Both the position numbers and the translations under genes were made by a program. A stretch of 64,000 nt of DNA from assembly GCA_040954595.2 (NCBI GenBank), contig CM082587.2, forward strand, positions 6,189,705-6,253,704. Reading direction: 5' to 3'. This document shows positions 14,601-27,720 of the stretch, in pieces. The stretch comes from Balanoglossus misakiensis (Eukaryota > Animalia > Hemichordata). Within the stretch, counting starts at the first letter, position 1. Each line of letters opens with the position of its first letter. The notes beneath the pieces were generated by a model that was given only the letters and a program-made list of their open reading frames with translations, was not told where the DNA came from and ran no database searches.

Positions 14601-16014
14601 ATATGACATTATTAAACATCTTAATAACTTCTTAACACTGCTGAACGGATTATCTGAGATATATATGTCTGAACGTATGGTATATACATAATCTTTCTGG
14701 TCTTTCAGTTTTTTCTTTTCTCCTGAATTCTTCGGAGTCTTTGGAAATCTCCACAGTCTTGAGAAAGCATCTATGGATGGATTCTTCCAGTGGTATTTAA
14801 GACAAAGAAACTTGCCACTGTCTTGTGGGATCACTATTCATTGAACCCCTGCTATTGTCCACAGACTGTCTGTGCATTGTCTTACGTTTGTTGTAACGTT
14901 TAGCGGCGGCTGTTTGTTGTGAAGTCTTACACTCCACTAATTATGTTTGCCAATTAAGAGTATTTATTCTACAATGACTGCAACTTCTCGTTGTGGGCGG
15001 TCTTTTAACTTCGTCATCGGCAACAATGTGTCTTGTCTTTTGGTGGTACATATGTGGAGTACGCCCCGAAAGCCTGGGGCGTGTTTAGACTATTTTGCTG
15101 GAGCCGGCCAGTGAATGCACAAGCCAACATCACACTGCTACCCTGTCTGTCTGTCTGTCTGTCCGTCCGGCCGTCCATCTACATATGTGGCCGCAGTCTT
15201 CGGACTCGACTCTCAATGCAGTCGGTTGCTTTGTACAGACGGCATCGCATATCTGAGCTCGTCGACTTTTCCAAAACACGGTAGAGTTTCATTTGAAAGC
15301 AAACAAGGCTCCTTAAAGTTGGAGTATAAACACCTCATTGTGGCTGTAAACAAAACTTCCGGTTTAAGTTGCTCGCCGGCTTGTAGTCTGGTCAAGTGGG
15401 TGACGCGCACAATTGTCGATTTATTGAGGTTAAAACTCGACACCTCGTTTCCTTCTCGTTTTATCCATTTCTGTCGGTTTAGCTTTCTCCGTGATTGTTT
15501 AATGGCTCCACCTTACACAGAACATTCTGACGGAACTTGGGCATCGGTGTTAGAATTATACCACCTACATCGACGCCGTCGGTGATACGAACGGTATTCG
15601 ATTTTTTCCGTTCATCCTGCGAGAATCACGGGGGTGCATGCACGCATCAAAGACACAGGGTTAAGGGTGGGTGAGGGGTGTTACCTATGATTATTTAGGT
15701 AATCATAGGTCCGTGCTATTTTACGGCCTTTCCCGACCATGTTGATGAAATTTCCAGCGAGGGTGTGTTACATGTCGAGTATTTTGTTGGGCACGGCAAG
15801 CTGGTTTATCCCGTTTAGTCGAAAACAGGATCATGAGGATAGGAAACTCGTCATGCGTTGTCCAGTCTTGAAAGCTTTGAAAAACAGACACTGCACACGG
15901 AGTGTCGATGCATAAAAACAAAAGGGGCGCATTTTAGTATTCTGAGATGGCGCTACAATGCTAGCAAATGTTGAGGAAACATTCTTTCAACAAACAGACA
16001 CAGATACATACAAA

Positions 16015-17434
16015 ATGGCGGCCTTGTCAGCAGGAACGCAAAGTGGTGGTTTTAGTTTTGACAATTGCAGACGGTAAGAATGACGAGGAACCACCACGGT
16101 TCCCATTAAGTGCTACGGAAGCCATTTAATTCAACATGCTATGTGAACAGCTCCTGGGCTGTCTGCCAACTTACAAAATACGAGACGATTGCAGCGAGTA
16201 CCTTGTCACTGCATGAGTTGCACTTTCTTCTTCACATGTGCCGATTTGTATTTGAATACAGTAATCGGTACGGTATGAGTAGTAGAGTACTAGACTGTAG
16301 AGTACATCTGATCATGACCATGTCTGACCGGGTGTGCTAGGGCTAATGTTACTGTCCATAGTTATCAAATACAGAGCACTGGACGTACATGTATGTATGT
16401 CTGCATTTGGTGGCCTATCCCACACTGACATTACAATAACGGTTATATTTTCTTCTATTCATCAGGAATGCATATATAGAGAAAAATGGGTTGAATGTAT
16501 CCAAAGCCAGGAAGACAGGGACAACAATCGTAGGGATAGTCTTCAAGGTACAGATGGTATAATTTTCAATTTGAAGCACGGTTCTCTATATTTTGTCTAG
16601 GACTGACAGTCAGAAAAATAGTTGTTCACGAAAATTCCGTTTTCAGTGTTATATATATATATTTTTTTCCCCTGTAGGATGGTGTGGTGCTTGGAGCTGA
16701 CACGAGAGCCACAGAAGACACTATAGTAGCTGATAAGAACTGTTCCAAAATTCATTACATTGCACCAAATATTTAGTGAGTAAAATTCATGTCTTTTTCT
16801 TGGTTCTGTAATAGTTGTTGTTTTTGTGTGGTGGTGATTCTTTTGTGAGTTTGCACCACATTAAGACGCATTTACCACTTTTGTTTTCAGTTGCTGTGGG
16901 GCTGGTACAGCGGCAGACACAGAGATGACAACACAGATGATATCGTCTAACATTGAACTTCATCAGCTGTCGACCGGGAGAGTTCCCAGAGTCTGTGTGG
17001 CCAATAGAATGCTTAAACAAATGTTATTCAGGTAAAGAGGCACAGTGAATCACTCGTGACACCTTATCTAATTACTTGTAAATGGTGTGTCCTTCAGCCA
17101 TTACTTATTACTCCCAGGGCCTCTGTTCGTTGTACAGTTAACCTGTCTAAACCAAAACCTCTCTAATCTTTAAACCTGCCATTGACTTGTGACTGTTCTT
17201 TCAGGTACCAAGGTTATATATCGGCAGCGTTGGTGTTGGGAGGTGTTGACTGTACTGGACCACATCTGTACAGTGTCTACCCACATGGCTCTACTGATTC
17301 ACTTCCCTACGTCACCATGGGGTCTGGATCGTTGGCTGCCATGGCTGTCTTTGAAAGCAGATATAAGCCAGATATGGAGGTATGTAGAGAAGAGAGTACA
17401 GACAGATAGATGGATAGACAGACAGACAGACAGG

Positions 17435-17508
<74 letters not shown>

Positions 17509-18058
17509 TACATGTATACATATTGAGAGAGAGATATCAGATGGAGATAAGTAAGATAAAAATTGAGATTTCGGTTTTGTGAGAAAATTTCCTTTCGAAG
17601 GAAGTGTCTGCATTGTATATTTTAATTTACATTATTTATAATTTAAATTATTTATAGAAACAAAAATATGTGGTTTTGTTACTTACAGAGAGACGAGGCA
17701 GCCCAGTTGGTGCGTGATGCCATAGCAGCTGGTATCTTCAATGATTTGGGCTCTGGCAGCAACGTGGATGTGTGTGTCATCACCAAAGATAAAGTGGAGT
17801 ACATCAGGCCATATGATGAAGCCAACAAGAAGGGAGTCAGGTGAGCAAAGGTCATAGGTCATCTGGTGCCATGTTTTAAGAACTCAGAGCATTTTCAGTA
17901 TCATATGTGTATTTCACTTTGGCAATGAATTCCATCTTTTCTTTTCTTATTTCAGACAAGGTGATTACAGATACAAGAAGGGCACAACAGCAGTGCTGTC
18001 AGAATCTGTCCGAAAGTTTGAAATCACGAGCGAAACTACAGAAGCAATGGAAATCTAG
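16015..18058 (+). CDS. PSMB7: Proteasome subunit beta type-7 (beta2), 7 exons, 269 aa
   Basis: Exons 16015-16073, 16466-16547, 16678-16775, 16891-17031, 17205-17379, 17689-17840, 17956-18058; all GT-AG, 810 nt in frame. Propeptide [11 protein letters not shown], cleavage KTG|TTIVG (catalytic Thr at 16521), [30 protein letters not shown]. Confidence 0.97.
17399..17508. repeat. (GACA)/(GATA)n microsatellite in PSMB7 intron 5
   Basis: Long GATA run preceded by GACA units. Confidence 0.97.
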
Positions 18059-18707
18059 TGAAAAAAAATGTATACTGTCTTTTGTACTTGAGTAGTGTCA
18101 TACCGATATTTGTCATGGGTATTTGTTAACTTTAGTTAAACCACCAGAGGATTTATAAAATTACCCTCAAAAACAGACCAATCAGGTGACTTGTACTGTA
18201 TCATTGAAGCCTTGGTTCAAGACCTTATGGTATTTGATCTTGCCAATCAAAGCCAACCTTTGATTGGTCACAGCAAGCTACCACCACAAACATCACTTGA
18301 AATAAGTAAGGCCATGAAAAAAACACCCCATCCAGACTGATTTTGAACAGTTATTTGTGTTTTGGTATTTGTCATGGGACTGTCAGATTGAGAAGGGTTT
18401 GCAATGTACATTTTAAGTTGCGTTGTCTGAATAAATCCGCACATGTTCACTGAATTTTTGTCTTTGACTCTTTCTGCACAAATGTTCACTTGCATGACCC
18501 ATGCATTGTCATGCACCCTGCTAGTTTCATTTTTTAAGTGCCACTTTTTGAGTTTTCATGTTTTGCTTCCTGTGGCAGATGAAAAAAACCCACCCTTTTC
18601 CGAGACAAATCAAAGAGCAATTCAGCATGAAATTTGCACTGATTTCATCAACAGCTCTTGTTTAAGCAAACTGCAGGTTGGATGAAAGTTCTGCGGGGAA
18701 ATGAAAA

Positions 18708-19519
18708 GTAATGGAACTCAGTCTACTATAGATGGTACACTATATTTGCATTTGAGCTCCGCAAACTGAATGACGTCACATATCCAAAGCTTCGATATGC
18801 TAATACCTACGGTTACTCGATGGAAATACTGTAGTAATGGACCTCAGTCTACTATAGATGGTACGCTATATTTGCATTTGAGCTCCGCAAACTGAATGAC
18901 GTCACATATCCAAAGCTTCGATATGCTAATACCTACGGTTACTCGATGGAAATACTGTAGTAATGGACCTCAGTCTACTATAGATGGTACGCTATATTTG
19001 CATTTGAGCTCCGCCCACTGATTGACGTCACATATTAAAAGCTTCCATATGCTAATACCTACGGTTACTCGATGGAAATAGTGATGGACCTCAGTCTACT
19101 ATAGATGGTACGCTGTATTTGCATTTGAGCTCCGCAAACTGAATGACGTCACATATCCAAAGCTTTCATATGCTAATACCTACGGTTACTCGATGGAAAT
19201 AGTGATGGGACTCAGTCTACTATAGATGGTACGATGTATTTGCATTTGAGCTCTGCAAACTGAATTACGTCACATATCCAAAGCTTCGATATGCTGATAC
19301 CTATGGTTACTCGATGGAAATAGTATTAATGGGACTCAGTCTACTATAGATGGTACGCTGTATTTGCATTTGAGCTCCGCCCACTGATAAACGTCACATA
19401 TCCAAAGCTTTGATATGCTAATACCTACGGTTACTCGATGGAAATAGTAATGGGACTCAGTCTACTATAGATGGTACGCTGTATTTGCATTTGAGCTCCG
19501 CAAACTGAATGACGTCACA
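18708..19519. repeat. Tandem array of ~121-126 bp units, ~6.6 copies
   Basis: CTCAGTCTACTATAGATGGTAC recurs at 18717, 18843, 18969, 19090, 19211, 19335, 19456. Confidence 0.97.
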
Positions 19520-22500
19520 CACAAAAAATATATATATATATACATAATGCGAAAGAAGTTGTAGACAGCCGTTCAAAATGAAACACAATACTGGCGGTAC
19601 CTGTACAGTAGAAAAAGGTCGAACAGTACTGAAAGACTTTGACGCCAAACGGAAAAAATATAGCATATAGCCGTCCAGGAAAAAAAACAGAGATAAAAAC
19701 CTCTAACGCAAGGAAAAAACTCTGGGAAACCTGTACCCTTATACAATGCTGATATGCTCACAGGTGAAGGGCAACACCAAAAGAAAAAATCGCACAAAAG
19801 TGAGAACGGTACTTCACGTATGAATGTGCGAAAAAAAAATGACAAAGCTGTAAAAGTTACTAACTATGCAAAATAACATTAGCAACTGCAAAAGCCATAA
19901 AAAAAGTGGGAAAACGTGTCGCTGGGTCGAAGACGCCCGAGTATGGACTACACTCTACTTACAGGCCAAACTAAGCCACCTGTAGCTTTATGGTATCGCC
20001 TACGGTAAGTGTATGGGCGTGGCCAGCGCGTATACAGATCTATTATTTTAACCAGCGACTACAGAGAAACAATTTTACCCGTTAAAAGTATCTCCCTAAA
20101 ATGTCAAAAGTGAGGATTTCGTGAAATGTGCTCCGCTCTGTATGCTGTGCGAGATTTGCCGACAGCGGAGTGAAAAAAAAAGCTCGCCACTGTAAGTGGA
20201 AGCCACCTCCCCTTTGGTTGAATGGTTCAGCCCTCTTAACCTGCTGAGTATTATGGGATAGAAATATATCGGAAGTGCAGTGAATTCCATTCCCATCCGC
20301 GAAGACACTGTGTAGTTGTCGAAATACAGCTGTCAGATAGACTTTGAGGGCTATAACAACATTTGCCAGACGAAGAAGTGGCTGTATCACCCGTCGTCGG
20401 TCTTCGGTTGCCCTGCCGACATCTCGATCTCTTCAAACCAGCGACTCCTGAAGGTGGGTTTTCTTTCTCAGAGCAGTAAGCGTTGTCGGTCGCCATGGTC
20501 ATCACGAGTCACAGGTGACGCTTTTATGCGATGTCAACAACACTGAGCAGCTCGTTCAAATTGTTGGTAGTGGACAGACCCTGGACTTTGATTTTTGGTG
20601 ATCTGGGGAGCGACACTGTCCTTATTGCAAGATCCAGGCTTCAGTGTATTCAGACGGACACTATGCACACACGATCGTCTTGTAAACCGCTAAGTAGGGT
20701 TTTGCATCAATAAATGCATAATTTAAAGGTACCTGTGTCCGGCCTACAATGTCCGGCATACACATGATACAGTGTGGAAGTAATCACCTAGTTCCTGGTT
20801 TAATAACGAACGTGATCATTTCTCTAGCTCACCCTACACCACAACAGTTATACGTGTCATCATCACGAACTTGAAGCGAAGGGACAAGCATTGTAGCATG
20901 GTGTACCACACCTTCTAGCAGAGAATGGAAGGGAGCCTAAAACATGCAACTTCCACAATCGAGTAATTTACAGATTTATTGAGCATTTGTTATGTACTGT
21001 TATATTGACCCGTTGCTGTCGTCAGTGTGTTGTACTGATCCATAGTCGACAGCAGAACTGAACTCGACTGTCTACTGTACTCAAGAAACCCTCAACTCGA
21101 CAACTAGATGTTCCATCAATACGAATTGTCAAAAACTAAAATGACAATGAAATCTGACAATTAGCCTTGGATCGATACATTTAAATGGCGATTCTAATTA
21201 AGTATGAAAATGATCACATACAATTAAGAGGAAAGATCTTAAAGATCTTGACTTTTTGGTTTAAAGTGAAAACAACATGTCCGCTACCTGATCAGGATAA
21301 TGTTACTCCACATAACTTCATAAGTACACAGGAATGGATTAGCCAGAACTGTTTTTCAGCATGACTTGAGATGGTCACTGTACCATGTACAGTGGCATTT
21401 ATTTTTCATTTCACTACCAATGGCAATATTCATTATGTGCGACCTTGTGAAAAGTAAAGAAACACCCACTCTGTTTCTTTCAAAGTGAAACTGTCAATTC
21501 CTTGTGAACAAATATCCCCCAGACACACACCACGTTGCATTCAAATTAGCCCCATGCCGCACCCATATGCTGGCACCCATTTACCTCATATTTTTCCTAC
21601 ACTACCGAAATTAAGCATGGAACTTGTACAGTCCAACGGCACACATGTAATATACATGTTTGTACTTGCAAATACTGGGTGTTCTCATAGTCGTACTACC
21701 ATAACCAAAATTAAAAATATAGCTTGAACACATGTATAATGCACACACACAAAAAAACATCAGTTGTCACCAATGTAAACTGGAACACCAGATAGCGTAT
21801 CAAGTTCAGGTGTCGTCAAAACATTTGCATATTACAGGTGGATCATGGAACATTGATTTAGAAAAAGAAGACAAATCCATCCTTCCTATCTGTAACCCTA
21901 TCTATAGATCTCCCAATGCCAGGCGGACTTTCTCTCTTTTGATAGACGCTAGACTCCATGCAGTGACCGCTTCTATGAACTAATGAACAGATTCAACCAT
22001 TTGTCAACTGTATCCGCACTCGCTCGTTACGGATTTCACAAGGTATACATTCAAGGTGACCGTCACCATGACAACCATTGGCGTATTTGAATCAGCAAGC
22101 TCAGGGTTATACAAATTGGCGTGCTGCACCGAGGTCTTAAGGGTTTTTGAAAGAAGGTTATTGTGTATACATATAGATGAATTTTACTGAGAGGGCTGAC
22201 ATCAAATTTATCCCAGAGAGACGATATAGGATAATTTATACGCGCAAATGCTGCAAGCCTGTTGTCAGGGAGATCTGTTGACATATTTGAAATGGGCATC
22301 ATTAAATCAAAGTGGGGATGACATGAAAAATACATGCACATGTCAGAAAAATAGAAATCTACATTAATTCGAAATTGTACATCATCACTAATCTAAACCA
22401 AGCAACAGACAATAATATAACAAGGTGCTTATTATGTTTTGGAGTCATTTTTGTAGCTGTAGGTTAAATTATGTTTTTTCTAAATTTATTGAATATATGT

Positions 22501-23148
22501 GTACAGTATCTTTAATTTTGACTTTTGGACTGTGGTATCTCAGGTAGTGAGTGACCTCTTCGTGACCTCTGAACAACTGATCCCAAAGTCATTTTTGCAC
22601 ACAGACAAGTCTCAGTTGAACCCAACAACAACAGGCATTGTCCCTGGAGGATATCGGTAACTGCGGCAACCACAACTCATTATTATCTGCCAGAGCTGAT
22701 AAATACAATGTAAAATGGACGAGTGATATCAAATTGATACTCATGTTCTGCATTAATGTCAGTGTAGTGTACATTAAAAATAATACAATTTAAAGAGAAA
22801 ATAAATTGGCATGACTTGACAGGGTACTAAAGATACATGTAAATATTCTGGATTGATGTGTCAGCTTACTCTACACATATTTGACGGACCATCAGAGCCA
22901 TTGAAAACAATAGGGTTATACCAATATGTAAGTAGGGGGTAATTGTGGGTATCTACATACAATTTTCACTGAGGGGGGGGGGTCCCACTTTAAAACCAAA
23001 ATCATGCAGCATTAATGCATGCTGCAAGCATCAACAGAAAATCAATGATTACCCAACAGATCATCGTTAGTGATATTTTAGTAAAATTATATTTTATCTG
23101 TCCTTTCTAAATTGCAGGTTATTCGTTTGGATTATCTGTTAAGACACC

Positions 23149-25536
23149 ATGGAGGATGAACAGCCCATGGAAACGCAGTCTAGCAACTCCGGCAACGATA
23201 TATTTGGAGCGCTGTGCAACTTTAGCATTGAAAAGAAAATTGGCCGTGGTCAGTTCAGTGTGGTCTACAGAGCTACCAACCTTATAGATCATAGTGTAGT
23301 TGCTCTCAAGAAAGTTCAGGTATGATAATATTATGTATCTATGATAATGATTTATATTTGTATACATTAATATTATGTATGCGGAGGAGGAATTGACATT
23401 TGATGAAATCACTTTCCCACTTTTCTAGATTTTTGAAATGATGGATGCCAAAGCCAGGCAAGACTGTATTAAAGAAATTGACCTGCTTAAGGTAAGGATT
23501 TGGTTTTCCCGTTGTACAAAGACAGTGATTATGATTGTATGTATGTGTACTCCGGTGTAGACTTTTTCTTGTGTAATCTCTAAATGGGACCATAGTGTCC
23601 TTGACGCTACTTTTTCTTTCCATTTCTTCCAGCAACTGAATCATCCGAATGTTATCAAATATTTAGCCTCATTTATTGAAGACAATGAATTGAATATTGT
23701 ATTAGAGCTGGCCGATGCCGGTGATCTATCACGAATGATCAAGGTGAGTGGGTACACAATAAAATAACTAGTAGCAATATCTGCAACGCGCACTATGTTG
23801 CACCAGAGTAAGTGAATCTGCGCATGACAATCGAAAATACAGCTGTCCTTCCCCAAACAAAGACAATACAGTAGTACCGTCCGACAGCTACTAAGGATTG
23901 ACACCAACCTCAGGATTGAGTGCATACTGTTTTTACAAATGAGAATGCCATATTCAAGTTTCTTTAACCAAAACCTGGACAACATGCCTTTGAGGGAGGT
24001 GTTTTGAAAAATGATAGCCATGTCTCCATGACAACATATAATAAACGGAGCTTAACAGCTAGGCTGGCTTCGGAGAATGCAACATAATCGCTGCACGATG
24101 TCTGCCTGTAATTATTAATTTAGTGTAATACAGCGTACAGGAAATATTCCCGCGTCACGGTTTTTGGATCAGGGAATAAGACACTCGTCCTGTTTTTTTC
24201 TCTTCCAGCATTTCAAGAAGCAGAAGAGGCTCATTCCGGAGAGGACGATTTGGAAGTATTTTGTTCAGCTGTGTAGCGCCTTAGATCACATGCATTCGCG
24301 GAGGGTGATGCACAGAGGTGGGGATTTTTGTTCGACTTCTGTCGAGTCAGCAACGATTTTGGTGTTTGGTTTTTATTGATGACTCTAAACACCATGTTTT
24401 AATTTTAATCTAACCTCTCGCTATTTACATCTTGCTCTTTTGACAGATATCAAACCTGCCAACGTTTTCATCACAGCAGAAGGGGTGGTCAAACTGGGAG
24501 ATCTGGGACTCGGTCGCTTCTTCAGCTCCAAGACCACGGCTGCCCACTCCTTAGTGGGCACGCCCTATTACATGTCCCCGGAGAGAATTCACGAAAATGG
24601 TTACAATTTCAAATCAGATATTTGGTCCTTAGGGTGTCTTCTCTACGAGGTAGGTGGCGTGAATTTTCACTTTTTTAGAAATAATTTCTTCAAGGATTAT
24701 TGGATCTGGTAGAAAATTTGTTGGAATTTCATAACTTGCAAATTTTACAACTTGATATGGTTATGTTCAACATGAAATACTATGTGTTTGGAGACCATGT
24801 CAATTTGGATAATCTACATGTAATTACCATATTGAACACCAAATTATGATATATATAAAAGGAATGATGGGACCACTTTATACTTGTATTGACAGATGGC
24901 CGCGCTGCAGTCGCCATTCTACGGAGACAAAATGAACCTGTACTCACTGTGTAAAAAGATTGAACAGTGCGACTACCCACCACTGCCAGCGGAACATTAC
25001 TCGGATGAGGTAGGTATAACAGGGTGTGTCGGGGGGGGGGGGGGGGGGGGGGGGGGTCCGTCGCCTCTTTTGTTACTTTGGTGTACAGAGGAAAAGAAGC
25101 ATTTCTTTTTGTATGTTTAATTGCGCATTCAAAGATGCAGGAACAATAAGTATAGTCTGGGAGAGTCACATTCGAAACAAACGTGGGAATATTGGGTTTT
25201 CCGAACTTTCCAAACTACAATGTAATATATATTGTCCCTAGTTATGATAGCTTAGATGTTTTAAGCTAAAAGTTTTGACTGTAATGAATATATAAAATAA
25301 ACAAAATGCTCAGCTGCCTACCGATTATGGAGAATTGAAAAGTGTGTTGAAACGTTAATAATTCAATCTCAACCCCCCCCCCTGATTTCTTTCTCTATTC
25401 ACAGTTGAGGAGTCTAGTGGCAATGTGCATTAACCCGGACCCTGAGCACAGGCCGGACATCACGTATGCCTACGAAGTGGCCAAACAGATGCACGCACAG
25501 AGTCTACAACAGCAGCAGCAACAACAGACCAGTTAA
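23149..25536 (+). CDS. NEK7: NIMA-related kinase NEK6/NEK7 co-orthologue, 7 coding exons, 300 aa
   Basis: Exons 23149-23319, 23429-23491, 23633-23743, 24209-24317, 24447-24649, 24896-25009, 25405-25536 (903 nt). [51 protein letters not shown]; short poly-Q C-terminal tail. Confidence 0.96.
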
Positions 25537-27518
25537 GAAAAAAACCGACCGTGGAGAATACAACCGGACTCTTCATTTACTGCCTTAAAAAGTACCATGC
25601 TCAGTTGCCTATCACTCTACTTAGAGAGCGGTGTCTTTCGCGCCGATCAATGTTAGCTTTGTTTTGGGGTGTTTTTTTTTATTTTTTTAGTTTTCATATG
25701 TAGGCCAATGGACGGCTTTGAAAACGGCTTCAAAAATCCACCTTTGTGATTCTAGTGCATCTGATTGGCTGTTGCCATGGTATTTATGTAAATATTTTGC
25801 TCTGTGTGTGTCTGTCTGTCATTTGTTGTCTGTCTCTGTGCAGTGCCCCCTGGGAAATTTTAGACGAGCTTTTCATCTTCAATTAATTGTAACTTCATGA
25901 ACACGCATCAATTGTCATTCTTATCTCGACTTCTTTGTATTTACAAAAATTGGAGGGAACATTTTTAAAGAGAGATTTTTAAAGCCAATATCCACGAACC
26001 AAAGGTTGTACAGTAGTGAACTGCATAAGTCTGATTCTTTCTGTACATGTACTTAAAATTCTTTTTCAGTGTTAAATTTCTTCATTTGTATATGCTGAGG
26101 CACAAAATCATGTTACTACAGAAATTGTAAAGGGAAAGGGGGTCATTAGTATTCGACAATGCTTTCTCTGCAGGTGCAAAATGCAATATTTCCCGTTCAT
26201 GACTTGATATGTATGTGTTGATGCTTTACAGGGACCAATATTTAGACGAATGCAAGAGCGCTTCGAAAATGCTTCGTTTCATTTTTATCGAATGAAGATT
26301 GTTCTCTAATTATGTGAGAATACACTTTCTACCTTAAAGGTGACCACTTCTTTCACGATTGTTTAATGCTGTTATAGCCAATCACAGTGGACCTTAAAAC
26401 ATTGTGTTGTGACCATGTATCCAATCATAATTAGTCTTGCAAAGTTATATTCAAGACTTCATGAAACACGGTAGTTCATTGGTCTGGGCATTGGAATTAG
26501 TGATGGAATTCTGACTTAATTATTAATTTAACTATATTGTATTTAAGTGTGATTTTGAATTTCTCAAAATCTTTTTAAGAATGTAAATGTATATAATAAG
26601 CTGCAAAAATGGGTAAAAAAAATAGAATTCACTTTGCCAAACTACTGCAAGGCATTTTTCGAGTTCAAATTCATGATGGCTGCATGGGGGCGCTAGACTC
26701 ATGAGAAGGGTGTGTTACCTTGCAAAGACTTTTCCTCCATGCCTGTCCCGTTTTTTGCTCTGTGTGGAACAGTCCTTGTTCTCATCTGCGCAGTGTGTCG
26801 GAAATCGATTGTTAGACACTTCTATGTTCTATCCACTGTGCAGTTTTCATTCAGCGTTTCATAATTACAAAATGTACATTGTGTGAATCTGTAGAGAATT
26901 TTAAAAAGAAGAAATAAAATATCTGTAAAAAAAGAATTTCAAGTTTGTAGTGTTTTACCTCTTTGAATGAACAGTTTGACTTTCATACCATTGAAGGAAA
27001 TTGTTCATATGCACGTGACGTCAACCGCTACCTTAGAAGTTCAAAGGCGCCAGCTGCGATATGTCCGTCAAAACCTCACCCACTATTGTACACACCATGC
27101 ATGTGGGTGGTAAGGACATGACCGAAACATGACCTCCGATCAAGTGACGAACTCATTTGTCCCTTTTAAAAGTCCGACGGTGCAATAATCATGGAAGTTG
27201 TGTTTCTTTTCTTTTTTTCTCAAAACAGCAGTGGAAATGTTTTTAAGGAGCTCACAATATTATTATTATTGCTTTACCACTAATCTTCACTGAAATGGGC
27301 ACGTATCTCAGTACGATTTCATTGAATAATTCCGAATTCAATGTTTCAATCGAGACAACTCAATCTGTGCTTGAAATATATCATTCAGTTCACAAACCAG
27401 TGAATATAGTTATCGATTTTTCATCAACTCAAATGGAAGGGTCGTATACTTAAAACGGTCATTTTCGTCAGGACGCGATTGAGACTCGGAAACGATACGC
27501 AAGGAAGGTCGTTCACCC

Positions 27519-27594
27519 TGTGACGTCACAAACACCTCCTTGGTGCATGAGGTTTCTCATCTGGAGTAGGATATTTGCATATGCATATGCAAAT
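27519..27594 (+). promoter_or_regulatory. Palindromic CRE plus inverted octamer pair upstream of the orphan secreted-protein gene
   Basis: TGTGACGTCACA at 27519-27530 and perfect 22-bp palindrome ATTTGCATATGCATATGCAAAT at 27573-27594, 127-200 bp upstream of the ATG. Confidence 0.55.
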
Positions 27595-27720
27595 CACGAG
27601 TCGATTCCCGAGACGAATCACACCCGGCGCGGCAGCTGAAGAGTGAAGGTGGCTCAGCAATCGCACTGCAAACGCAGCCCAGATTTATCGCTGTTATCAA
27701 GGACCCACATCGATTGAACC

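Noticed and set aside
14283-15921. Possible divergent minus-strand coding gene next to the PSMB7 promoter
   Set aside because: Some splice-like signals, but no phase-consistent open frame could be assembled; a non-coding transcript remains possible.
17299-17613. YLSI-repeat ORFs
   Set aside because: Artefact of the (GATA)n microsatellite.
18708-19519. CRISPR-like periodicity
   Set aside because: Whole units repeat with no unique spacers; eukaryotic context, no cas genes.
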